Source of the DNA: an uncultured Phycisphaeraceae bacterium
GTDB lineage: Bacteria > Planctomycetota > Phycisphaerae > Phycisphaerales > UBA1924
DNA length: 62,127 nucleotides
Reading direction: 5' to 3'
Assembly: GCA_964441555.1 (NCBI GenBank)
Contig: CAYTYD010000001.1
Span: forward strand, 1-62,127
Notes under the pieces: model-generated
What the model was told of the DNA's origin: nothing
The model's database searches: none
What the model saw: the letters and a program-made list of their open reading frames with translations, nothing else
Translations under genes and position numbers: made by a program
Shown: positions 26,046-34,511 of the stretch, one piece after another
Layout: every line of letters starts with the position of its first letter
How positions within the stretch are numbered: position 1 is the stretch's first letter

Positions 26046-27773
26046 ATGAAGCGTTCCTGTCTTTCCGCTCTCGCGCTTGTGTTACTCGCTGGATCGCTCG
26101 CCTCTGCTCAGGTCACCGGCCCGAACGCCGGCGCTCCTCCGTACATGCTCCCCAGCGATGCAGGTTCGGGAGTGATCTTCACCTCGATCGCCACGAATGG
26201 TCGTGGCGGTGCCAATGTTGATCCTGATATCACGTATCCCAAGTTGGGTGGCGGCACGTATCGCTTGTGGGGCCTGGTGGACGGCGCGGGCGCTTTCCGA
26301 GATGCGGACGACCTCGCGAACAACACGTTCTCGTTCCTGGTCAATCACGAAGTCGGCTCGGGCTCGGGCGGGGTCAAGGCGCACGGCGCCAACGGCACCA
26401 CGGTTTCGGTGTGGAAGATCAAGGCCGATGCCACAGACCTGCAGGTGATCGGCGGCAAGGACCTGATGACCAACGTCTTCCTGTGGGATACCGGCACCAA
26501 CGCATATGTTGCCGGATCGCCTTCGCTCGGTCGCTTCTGCTCGGCCGACCTGGCCGCTCCCGGTGCGTACCGCTTCGGTTCACTCGGCACAGATGAGCGC
26601 ATCTTCCTCAACGGCGAAGAGACCGGCGCGAACGGCCGCGCCTTTGCACACGTTGCCAGCGGCCCGAACGCTGGCACGACTTACGAGCTTCCCAGCCACG
26701 GCGACTACTCCTGGGAAAACAACGTTGCTTCGCCCTTCCCCCAGGCCAAGACGGTCGTAATTGGCGCCGATGACAGCACCCCGGGCAACATCTTTGTGTT
26801 TGTCGGCAACAAGCAGTCCACCGGCACCGAGATCGAGCGCGCGGGCCTCACCGGCGGCACGGTGTACGCCATCGGCATGAGCGGCACGACAGTCAACGGC
26901 AGCGGTCAGAACGAAGAGAGTGTTGTCAACATCCTGGGCAATGCCGTTTCCGGACCGGTGGCCAGCAAGCCCTTCACGATGATCAACATGGGCGACCTGA
27001 CCAACGTGTCGGGTGCGACGCTGCAGAGCACGGCTGATGCACAGGGCCAGATGAACTTCAACCGCCCCGAAGACATCTGCTGGGACACCCGCAATCCCAA
27101 CGTCGCCTACTTCCTCACCACGGCTTCCTTCACCGGCAACAGCCGTCTGTGGAAGATTGAGTTCACCGATGTCACCCTTCCTCAGCTCGGCGGCACCATC
27201 ACCATGCTCTTTGATGGCAACGTCACCTCCACGGCTTCGGGCGGGTTTGCCTCGGCAAGCGGCGCCACTGATGTGAAGATGATGGACAACATGTGCATCA
27301 CGCGCGGCGGCATCATCCTCATTCAGGAAGATGTCGGCAACAACGCTCGCCTTGGCCGCATGTGGGCGTATGACGTGTTTGCTGATTCGATTGTTGAGGT
27401 CGGCATTTCCAACTCCAACTACTTCCTCACCGGCGCACCCAGCTTCCTCACGCAGGACGAGGAGACCTCGGGCGTGATCGAAGCTTGGGACATCCTCGGA
27501 CCGGGTTGGGTTCTCTTGGATATGCAGGCCCACTACAGCATCACCGCCAATGGCCTTTCCGAGGGCGGCCAGCTCATGGCTGCCTTTATCCCAGCGGCGC
27601 GCCGCCTGTGTCAGGTTGACTTCAACAGCGATTCCACCGTGAACTTCTTTGACTACCTTGATTTCGTCCAGGCCTTTTCCAACAACACCCCGCCCGCCGA
27701 TTTCAACCTCGACGGCGTGATCGACTTCTTTGACTACCTCGACTTTGTCGCCGCGTTCAGCGCAGGATGCTGA
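26046..27773 (+). CDS. Secreted PhoX/DUF839-like beta-propeller protein with C-terminal dockerin-like module
   Basis: Signal MKRSCLSALALVLLAGSLASAQ. FLVNHE..., FNRPEDICWD. The last 54 aa are CQVDFNSDSTVNFFDYLDFVQAF...DFNLDGVIDFFDYLDFVAAFSAGC-stop. Confidence 0.7.
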   Translation: MKRSCLSALALVLLAGSLASAQVTGPNAGAPPYMLPSDAGSGVIFTSIATNGRGGANVDPDITYPKLGGGTYRLWGLVDGAGAFRDADDLANNTFSFLVNHEVGSGSGGVKAHGANGTTVSVWKIKADATDLQVIGGKDLMTNVFLWDTGTNAYVAGSPSLGRFCSADLAAPGAYRFGSLGTDERIFLNGEETGANGRAFAHVASGPNAGTTYELPSHGDYSWENNVASPFPQAKTVVIGADDSTPGNIFVFVGNKQSTGTEIERAGLTGGTVYAIGMSGTTVNGSGQNEESVVNILGNAVSGPVASKPFTMINMGDLTNVSGATLQSTADAQGQMNFNRPEDICWDTRNPNVAYFLTTASFTGNSRLWKIEFTDVTLPQLGGTITMLFDGNVTSTASGGFASASGATDVKMMDNMCITRGGIILIQEDVGNNARLGRMWAYDVFADSIVEVGISNSNYFLTGAPSFLTQDEETSGVIEAWDILGPGWVLLDMQAHYSITANGLSEGGQLMAAFIPAARRLCQVDFNSDSTVNFFDYLDFVQAFSNNTPPADFNLDGVIDFFDYLDFVAAFSAGC

Positions 27774-27832
27774 GATCACACCAAATTCACGCGGACACTC
27801 CACCGCGAATTCGTTTGACTTGGAGACGCCTG

Positions 27833-27870
27833 CCGCCCGAAGCCGCCATCGCTTCGGGCGGTTGGTTTTT
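27833..27870 (+). terminator. Rho-independent terminator
   Basis: 11-bp perfect stem CCGCCCGAAGC / GCTTCGGGCGG, followed by TTGGTTTTT. Confidence 0.6.
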
Positions 27871-27874
27871 CCAC

Positions 27875-29494
27875 TCACACCCGCATCACCATTCGAGACA
27901 ACTTGCGCGCTGGACCGGGGAGTGCCTGACACACCTCCCGCACCGCGCCCGCGAGCAGCACGCGGCACAACATCGCGTATGCCACGGCAAATACACCGCC
28001 CACAACCATGATCCGCACCATGTCCACACAGCGTTCGCGCCAGGCGAGATTGTGAATTGCTCCAAACCACTCACCCAGTCGCTCTGTCAGGTCGCCGTAG
28101 AAATCCGCACTGATCGCAAGCCCTGCCGCGATGCACGCCAGCAGCCACGCCGGGAACATGCCTTTGAACACCTCGCCCCATCCTATTCCGAGCGGACGCA
28201 GCGAGATTCCCGTGCACAACACTCGCGTCACTAACAGTGACCCGCCAGTCCACCACGCTACGCCATCCACCGTGCCGTGCACGATGGCACCAATGGCTCC
28301 GAATCCCACAACGCCCGCTCCCTCGATCGCCGTCAGCCACGCGAGCTTCTTGAACTTTCCCTGCGCCATCAGCACCGCCGCAGACAACCCGAACGTGACG
28401 CGGAAAGCAAAGAAGAGGCCCAGAATCATCACCGCGATCACCGCGCCACTCCACTTGCCGTGCCAAAGCAATCGCTCTAGTGGTTCCATCACGCAGGCGA
28501 TTCCCAGCGAGGCCGCCGCCCCCAGCATCATCTGCACACCCTGGGCCCGGCGCACCGCCGCGGCAAACCGTTCCGGCTCATCCTTCAATCGTGCAAACGC
28601 GGAAAACAGAACCTGCTGAACCGTAAAACCAAGAATGGTGCCGACGTTGGCGATCCAGTAGTATGCGAAGAAGTACTCCCCCGTGAGCTGCTTGCTCAGG
28701 ATCATGCCGACCACACCAAAGCTGGCCACATCCAGCAAAGTGTTGGACACAGCACCGATGATCATCCATACGCCGCTGGAGAGAAGCTCTCGCCAGTGCT
28801 TCAAGCCCAATCCACGCATCCACGGCGCATCGCGCGTGGCCAGATAAGACCACACGTTCTCCAGGATCGCCACACCCAGCAGCGGCAATACAAATGCAAG
28901 CGGATTGCGCAACCACCACGCCAGCAGAATCGTGCCACCGTTGCGAACGACAGCGCTGCCTAGTGAAATATGGCTGAGCGTGTCAAACTTCAAGTCCAGC
29001 CGCAACTTCCCCTGCAATACCGCCACCGGCGTATTCATAGGAAGTGTCACCGCAATGATCGCCAGCATCCACGGCATGTATTGATCGGCGTAGGTCTCGC
29101 TCAACCATTCCGGCCGATGCTTCTGCATCCACCAGATTGCCGCGCCCGCACCACCCATCAACACCGAGGCAAACAGATTCATGATTCCCGCAAGCCCAAA
29201 GACCGCAGGCGCCAGCTCCCGGTACTCCGCCGGACCACGCTGCACCAATACTTCGCGGACCCCGCCATCTCGAAAGATCTGCACAAATCCGGAAAGCGCG
29301 ATGGTGACGCCGAAGACCGCAAAGTCACCCTTGCTCAGCCACCAACCGAGCAGAATCTGAGTCACAAACGCCGCGATCTTGGTCAGGATGGTCGCCGCCA
29401 CCATCCAAGAGGCCCCGCGTCCGACGGTTGCGCCCAAGGCCGCTTCCGTTCCCCGTGAAGCCGAACTGTTCTCGTTGATCGCCGCGTCACTCAT
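27875..29494 (-). CDS. Polysaccharide/oligosaccharide flippase (MOP/Wzx-like)
   Basis: 539 aa with about 14 TM helices. The N-terminal GASWMVAATILTKIAAFVTQILLGWWLSKGDFAVFGV pattern is typical of Wzx/RfbX-type proteins. Confidence 0.75.
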   Translation of the reverse strand: MSDAAINENSSASRGTEAALGATVGRGASWMVAATILTKIAAFVTQILLGWWLSKGDFAVFGVTIALSGFVQIFRDGGVREVLVQRGPAEYRELAPAVFGLAGIMNLFASVLMGGAGAAIWWMQKHRPEWLSETYADQYMPWMLAIIAVTLPMNTPVAVLQGKLRLDLKFDTLSHISLGSAVVRNGGTILLAWWLRNPLAFVLPLLGVAILENVWSYLATRDAPWMRGLGLKHWRELLSSGVWMIIGAVSNTLLDVASFGVVGMILSKQLTGEYFFAYYWIANVGTILGFTVQQVLFSAFARLKDEPERFAAAVRRAQGVQMMLGAAASLGIACVMEPLERLLWHGKWSGAVIAVMILGLFFAFRVTFGLSAAVLMAQGKFKKLAWLTAIEGAGVVGFGAIGAIVHGTVDGVAWWTGGSLLVTRVLCTGISLRPLGIGWGEVFKGMFPAWLLACIAAGLAISADFYGDLTERLGEWFGAIHNLAWRERCVDMVRIMVVGGVFAVAYAMLCRVLLAGAVREVCQALPGPARKLSRMVMRV

Positions 29495-29665
29495 GTCGAC
29501 TCTGCTTGCTCGCCCTTGAAATCTTGATCATTGGTCATGCAACCTGTCTCATGTTCCTAGCGGATGCTTTTCTACCTCGGATGGTGTGAACGTCCGGAAA
29601 TCTATCGTCCGTTCCTGGGTTATTCCATCATTTCTCAGTCTTGTCGCCGGAGTTGCTTTCGCGTG

Positions 29666-31921
29666 ATGAATCCGTTCCGTACATTCTTTGCGATGCTGAA
29701 GAATGGCCCGCATTCTGACTTCATTTGTCGCGGGCAATTACCGCACATCGTAGTTGTGGTGCTTGCGCTTCTGGGCTCTTCCTACGCCTCTGCAGCACCT
29801 GCGTTCACCGAAATCTCCGGGGTCGGACCAACCTCAACTTGGGAGTTCCCTGGCAAATCGGCGTTTCTTGACCGCATTGATCGATTGATCGAAGCGCGCA
29901 CAACCGCCTCGCCCGTCATCCGTTCCCGGGTTCGTTACATCTGCCAAGATCCCGCCGGCAACAGTCAGGGCGCTGGCGGAGATGGACTGTCGCCTGCCAC
30001 GGCGTTTCGCTGCAAAAACATGATGGATGTTCGCATTGTGGTCTTCACTGTGTTGCAAGCCCCGGACACATCGATTCTCTTTCGCTGCGGCGATACGTTC
30101 TTCGCCGCCCCTTCGCAAGAGTGGCAGGGACTGCCGCAGATGACTTTCGGCAGCTATTCCTTCGGCTCGTATGTCGACCCCGCCAGACCCAGTGTCGCCA
30201 AACCGCGATTACTCGGCTTCGTCCCCGTTACTGTCGACGATTCGTGGATCTACACCGGCCCAACTACGCGACAAGGATCCTACATCTTCGAACCGTACTG
30301 GGTTCGAACGCGGCCCGCAAGCACGGATCCCTTGACAGGATTTCGCGGCCTTCCGCTTCACAAGAACACCGACGCACTATTGGTGCCTTCCTTCACCGGA
30401 ACCTTTGCCTGGAATCAATCCGCACAACAGCTCGCCATCAATTTCCCCGCCGGACACGATGTCGTCGAAGCGTGCATCGCCCGCGGCCCCGGAGTACTCG
30501 TATACAACGTCGACGACGTACGAATCGATGGCCTTGTCTTTGAGGGGTGGGGCATGGATTCACCCACCGGAACATTCAGCGCGATCACCTTTTATGGTTC
30601 GTACGGACAATCGCTCCACGTCAGCAATTGCGAATGGGGATGGACGGCTTACCACGGCTTTGCCCACATCGCCACCGATGGCGAAGGTGGAATTGCCACG
30701 CTGACAGACTGCACTTTCGGCCTGCACACTCAGCGCACGACCGCACAGGGAGGCGGTGGTGACGGCGCGGTTTCATTCGCCAATCGAGGCCAAAATGAAT
30801 TCGTTCTCGTCAATTGTCGCGGCTTTGCCGGCGGACTGCGCCGCATAGCACAATCCGGCGCGGATTCGCAGTGGCTCGGCATGCCCACATACATCCACAC
30901 CGCAGGCGAACAGCCGATCGGGCTGCATGTCCGAAAAGGGTGCACGTTCTCCAGCACGATCCCCGACCGCGCCCGCTATGTTGATTACAACATGGGCTCT
31001 GATGCGGTGGTCAATCTCCTTGGCCAGCGCGTCGCTGAGCCCGCCGATCCAACAGACATCCGCTCCTATCGCTCGTTCATCATCAACGAACGCGCGGATG
31101 TGGACTTTGGCCCAGCCGGCGGCTCGTGGCGTGGCGTGGATATCAACAGCCAAATCAATTTGACGGTCCAGAACGTGCCTCGCCCTTATCTCTGGGGTGT
31201 TGGCAACGCTTCGCCGCACGGCATCTCCATCAACCGAGATATCAACATCGCACTGCCTTTCGGGTTCTCCGGGCTCTTCGCGATGTCCGAGGTTCTCAAC
31301 CCACACAAAACGATCACGCTTTACCAGCGCCTGCGCCTGACCGGCTTCCCCATTTCCACCAACGAAGTCTTTCGCGCTGAAGTGCAAGCTGCACGCCTCG
31401 CACTCACTCGCCACTACAACTGCATTTTCTCTAATGAGCTCAGCACGCAACAGGTCACGCTGAACTATCCAAACTCAGACCCTGATCTGGCCTTTGGCGG
31501 AGCCGCGGCGTGCGGCTACTTTGCCATCAACCCGTCCTTCTATTCCCTCACCCGTTCCCCGGTCGCCATTGCCTCAGCACCCGACTACCCCATCTCGCCC
31601 GAAGGACGCGACGCCATTCCCGGCCAGCTCCGCTTTGCCGGGACTCCCTTCATGGGATCTTCGCCCCAAGGACCAATCGTGGTGGAATATGACGCGCTTG
31701 GTCTGCCTCGCAGCTCATCGCCCACCATCGGTCCACTGGAAGCAACCTCACTCTTCTGTGCGGCCGATTTCAATCGTGATGATGTCGTCGACTTCTTTGA
31801 TTATCTCGACTTCGCGAACGCGTTCGCGAATCAACAACCCGTTGCCGATTTCAACGCCGACTCCGTCATTGATCTCTTTGACTATCTCGATTTCGTCGCA
31901 GCATTTGCCGCGGGATGCTGA
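29666..31921 (+). CDS. Large secreted protein (parallel beta-helix-like) with C-terminal dockerin-like module
   Basis: TM/signal HIVVVVLALLGSSYASAAP. GDGLSPATAF...GDTFF is typical of the start of pectate-lyase-fold proteins. The last 54 aa are CAADFNRDDVVDFFDYLDFANAF...DFNADSVIDLFDYLDFVAAFAAGC-stop. Confidence 0.7.
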   Translation: MNPFRTFFAMLKNGPHSDFICRGQLPHIVVVVLALLGSSYASAAPAFTEISGVGPTSTWEFPGKSAFLDRIDRLIEARTTASPVIRSRVRYICQDPAGNSQGAGGDGLSPATAFRCKNMMDVRIVVFTVLQAPDTSILFRCGDTFFAAPSQEWQGLPQMTFGSYSFGSYVDPARPSVAKPRLLGFVPVTVDDSWIYTGPTTRQGSYIFEPYWVRTRPASTDPLTGFRGLPLHKNTDALLVPSFTGTFAWNQSAQQLAINFPAGHDVVEACIARGPGVLVYNVDDVRIDGLVFEGWGMDSPTGTFSAITFYGSYGQSLHVSNCEWGWTAYHGFAHIATDGEGGIATLTDCTFGLHTQRTTAQGGGGDGAVSFANRGQNEFVLVNCRGFAGGLRRIAQSGADSQWLGMPTYIHTAGEQPIGLHVRKGCTFSSTIPDRARYVDYNMGSDAVVNLLGQRVAEPADPTDIRSYRSFIINERADVDFGPAGGSWRGVDINSQINLTVQNVPRPYLWGVGNASPHGISINRDINIALPFGFSGLFAMSEVLNPHKTITLYQRLRLTGFPISTNEVFRAEVQAARLALTRHYNCIFSNELSTQQVTLNYPNSDPDLAFGGAAACGYFAINPSFYSLTRSPVAIASAPDYPISPEGRDAIPGQLRFAGTPFMGSSPQGPIVVEYDALGLPRSSSPTIGPLEATSLFCAADFNRDDVVDFFDYLDFANAFANQQPVADFNADSVIDLFDYLDFVAAFAAGC

Positions 31922-32162
31922 TCCTTCGCAGCGATTGATCCATGGCGTTATTCTCGGACGTTGTTTCGCCGGTTTCCTGCACCTTTTCGCAATCGCCGGG
32001 GCATTCGGACGTTCACACATTCTTAACAATCTTGGCTGATGGCTGTCCCTGGGCGCGCCCCGGGCGACACTGCCAGTGGAGATCGTTTGAAAACGTCGTG
32101 GCGGCGTATCGCTCCGATACACCCTCGTGGAATCGCCCGACCCTGCCGGAGGCCTTGACCGC

Positions 32163-34433
32163 ATGAATCCTCAGATTAGACGCACCTTGCTTTCCCTTGC
32201 TGTTGCGGCGGCGTGCACAAGCACCGCCATGGCACAAGACCTCTACGACACCACGGTGTTGCGCACCATGAATTTCCAGTTTCATGATTCCAACTGGGAG
32301 GCCTTGCTCCGCAGCAACTACGCCGCCCAAACCAACATCCTCGCCGATCTCACCGTCGATGGTGTCACCTATCCCAACGTCGGGGTCCGCATTCGCGGCA
32401 ACACGTCCTACACCGCGCTTCCCTCCGGCTCGCAAAAGTTCTCCCTGAATGTCGAAGTCGACGCCGTCGACCCAGAGCAGGAGTTGATGGGCTATGGCTC
32501 CCTGAATCTCAACAACGGCTTCCACGATCCAACCTTCTGCCGCGAAGTTCTCTACAACAACTACGTCTCACAGTTCGTTCCCAATCCCCGCGCCAATCAC
32601 GTTCTCGTCACGCTGAACGGTCAGAATTGGGGCGTGTACATCAACGTGCAACAGTTCAACAAGACCATGCTTGCACAAGGTTTCTCTGACACCACTGGCC
32701 TGCGCATCAAGTGTGCCAACAACCCCAACGGCCCCGGCCTGCGCTACAACGGCAACACTGCGGCGGGCTACACCGGCTATGAAATCAAAGACGCTGGCGG
32801 CTTTGCTGACCCGTGGGTGCCTCACATCGCCGTGTGCAACGCACTGACCAACGGCGCCACCGCGACGTGGCAAACCAGCATCGATCCGATTTTCGCCGTC
32901 GATCCCTCGATCTGGTCGGTCGTTCTTGAAAACTATCTCACCGACGATGACAGCTACATCAATAAGGGCGCGGATTTCATGACCTACCGCAACCCAACGG
33001 ATGGCCGCACCTTCCTGCTGCAGACCGATGCCAACGAAACCTTTACCCAAACCACCTGGGCCATCAATCGCAACTTCACGCAGACAACCAAGCCGGTGTT
33101 GAACCGCGTGTTGGGCGTCGCCGAACTTCGCCAGCGTTATATGGCTCACTACCGTACGGTCAAAAACGACCTCAACTGGGCCTATTTCGAGCCCCGCGCC
33201 ACCGCGCTGCGCAACCTCATCGACGCTGCCGTGCAGGCCGATCCTAAGAAGCTCTACACCCACACTCTTTTCCAGAACAACTTCACCAGCAGCGTCACTT
33301 TGCCATACTCCGGCCCCGCTGGCGGCACTGTTCCTGGTCTGCAACAGTTCGTCAACGAACGCCTCACCTACCTCAACAGCCAGGCAGAACTCGTTGCCCA
33401 GGGCCCCACGATTTCCAACGTCTCACACTCTCCGACCAATCCCGATCCCACCAACACCGTGACGATCACTGCCGCGGCCGCCGCCAATGGCAGCGCGGTT
33501 TCGCGCGTTGATCTCTACTACCGCCCATCACCCAGCGGCACATACCAGCGCATTCAGATGACGAGCAACGGCAACGGCACCTACTCCGTTGTTCTTCCCG
33601 TCGCTGGCACCGCAGGCAAGCGCGTTCCCTACTACGTCTCGGCAACTTCTTGCAACACCTACTCCTCCCTTTCCTTCTCTCCGGCCCGCACCGAGTGGGC
33701 GCCGCTGCAGGTCAATTACAACTTCGGCGCCACCGGCGGCATGCGCATCACCGAGTGGATGTACTCCGGCACCAGTGGTGAATTCATCGAGTTCACCAAC
33801 GTCTCGACCACTCCCGTCGATATGACTGGCTGGAGCTTTGACGACGACCACGCCACGGCTGGCGCGTTCTCACTCAGTGCCTTCGGAGTGGTTCAGCCCG
33901 GCGAGTCGGTCATCGTGACCGAAGCAACCGAAGCGACCTTCCGCGCCGCGTGGAATCTTGCCCCCACGGTCAAGGTCATCGGTCAGCTCGGCGCTGTCGG
34001 CGTGGGTGGCAACAATCTGGCCCGCAACGACGAAATCAATCTCTACGACAACACCAACACTCTGAAGGATCGTCTCAAGTTCGGCGATCAAACCTTCGCT
34101 GGCACCATCCGCACGCAGAACTTCAGTGGCCAGCCGCCGCGCATAGCCATCGGCCAGGACAGCGTGATTCCCTGGGTCCGCTCGGCCCTGGGCGATGCCT
34201 TCGGTTCCTATGCCGCAACCACCGCCGAACTCGGCACACCCGGCTTCTACAACTGGCGCAATCCCAACTGCCCCGCCGATTTCAACGCCGACGGCACACT
34301 CGACTTCTTTGACTATCTCGATTTCGTCGCCGCGTTCAGTGCCAACGCCGTCACCTCTGACTACAACCTCGATGGTGTCATCGATTTCTTTGATTACCTC
34401 GATTTCGTCGCTGATTTCAGCAACGGCTGCTGA
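32163..34433 (+). CDS. CotH-family protein with lamin-tail-like domain and C-terminal dockerin-like module
   Basis: N-terminal FQFHDSNWEALL...LTVDGVTYPNVGVRIRGNTSY (CotH-like). MRITEWMYSGTSGEFIEFTNVS (LTD-like). The last 54 aa are CPADFNADGTLDFFDYLDFVAAF...DYNLDGVIDFFDYLDFVADFSNGC-stop. Confidence 0.75.
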   Translation: MNPQIRRTLLSLAVAAACTSTAMAQDLYDTTVLRTMNFQFHDSNWEALLRSNYAAQTNILADLTVDGVTYPNVGVRIRGNTSYTALPSGSQKFSLNVEVDAVDPEQELMGYGSLNLNNGFHDPTFCREVLYNNYVSQFVPNPRANHVLVTLNGQNWGVYINVQQFNKTMLAQGFSDTTGLRIKCANNPNGPGLRYNGNTAAGYTGYEIKDAGGFADPWVPHIAVCNALTNGATATWQTSIDPIFAVDPSIWSVVLENYLTDDDSYINKGADFMTYRNPTDGRTFLLQTDANETFTQTTWAINRNFTQTTKPVLNRVLGVAELRQRYMAHYRTVKNDLNWAYFEPRATALRNLIDAAVQADPKKLYTHTLFQNNFTSSVTLPYSGPAGGTVPGLQQFVNERLTYLNSQAELVAQGPTISNVSHSPTNPDPTNTVTITAAAAANGSAVSRVDLYYRPSPSGTYQRIQMTSNGNGTYSVVLPVAGTAGKRVPYYVSATSCNTYSSLSFSPARTEWAPLQVNYNFGATGGMRITEWMYSGTSGEFIEFTNVSTTPVDMTGWSFDDDHATAGAFSLSAFGVVQPGESVIVTEATEATFRAAWNLAPTVKVIGQLGAVGVGGNNLARNDEINLYDNTNTLKDRLKFGDQTFAGTIRTQNFSGQPPRIAIGQDSVIPWVRSALGDAFGSYAATTAELGTPGFYNWRNPNCPADFNADGTLDFFDYLDFVAAFSANAVTSDYNLDGVIDFFDYLDFVADFSNGC

Positions 34434-34458
34434 TTGCATCAGGTCTGAAAAGAGCACT

Positions 34459-34498
34459 CGCCCGCGAGCAAACAGTGCTTGCGGGCGTGTGTCTTTTT
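34459..34498 (+). terminator. Rho-independent terminator after the CotH-like gene
   Basis: 12-bp stem CGCCCGCGAGCA / TGCTTGCGGGCG (one G-U pair), followed by TGTGTCTTTTT. Confidence 0.6.
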
Positions 34499-34511
34499 GC
34501 AATCACCTCGC

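Noticed and set aside
26580-28070. 496-aa minus-strand ORF, plus similar long antisense ORFs (19358..20734, 16253..17263, 45917..47110, 38587..39687, 52626..53486, 56537..57640, 59527..60633, 60725..62095)
   Set aside because: Each overlaps a motif-supported gene on the opposite strand or in another frame, and translates to R/G/A/P/H-rich low-complexity sequence. All are shadow ORFs of a GC-rich genome.
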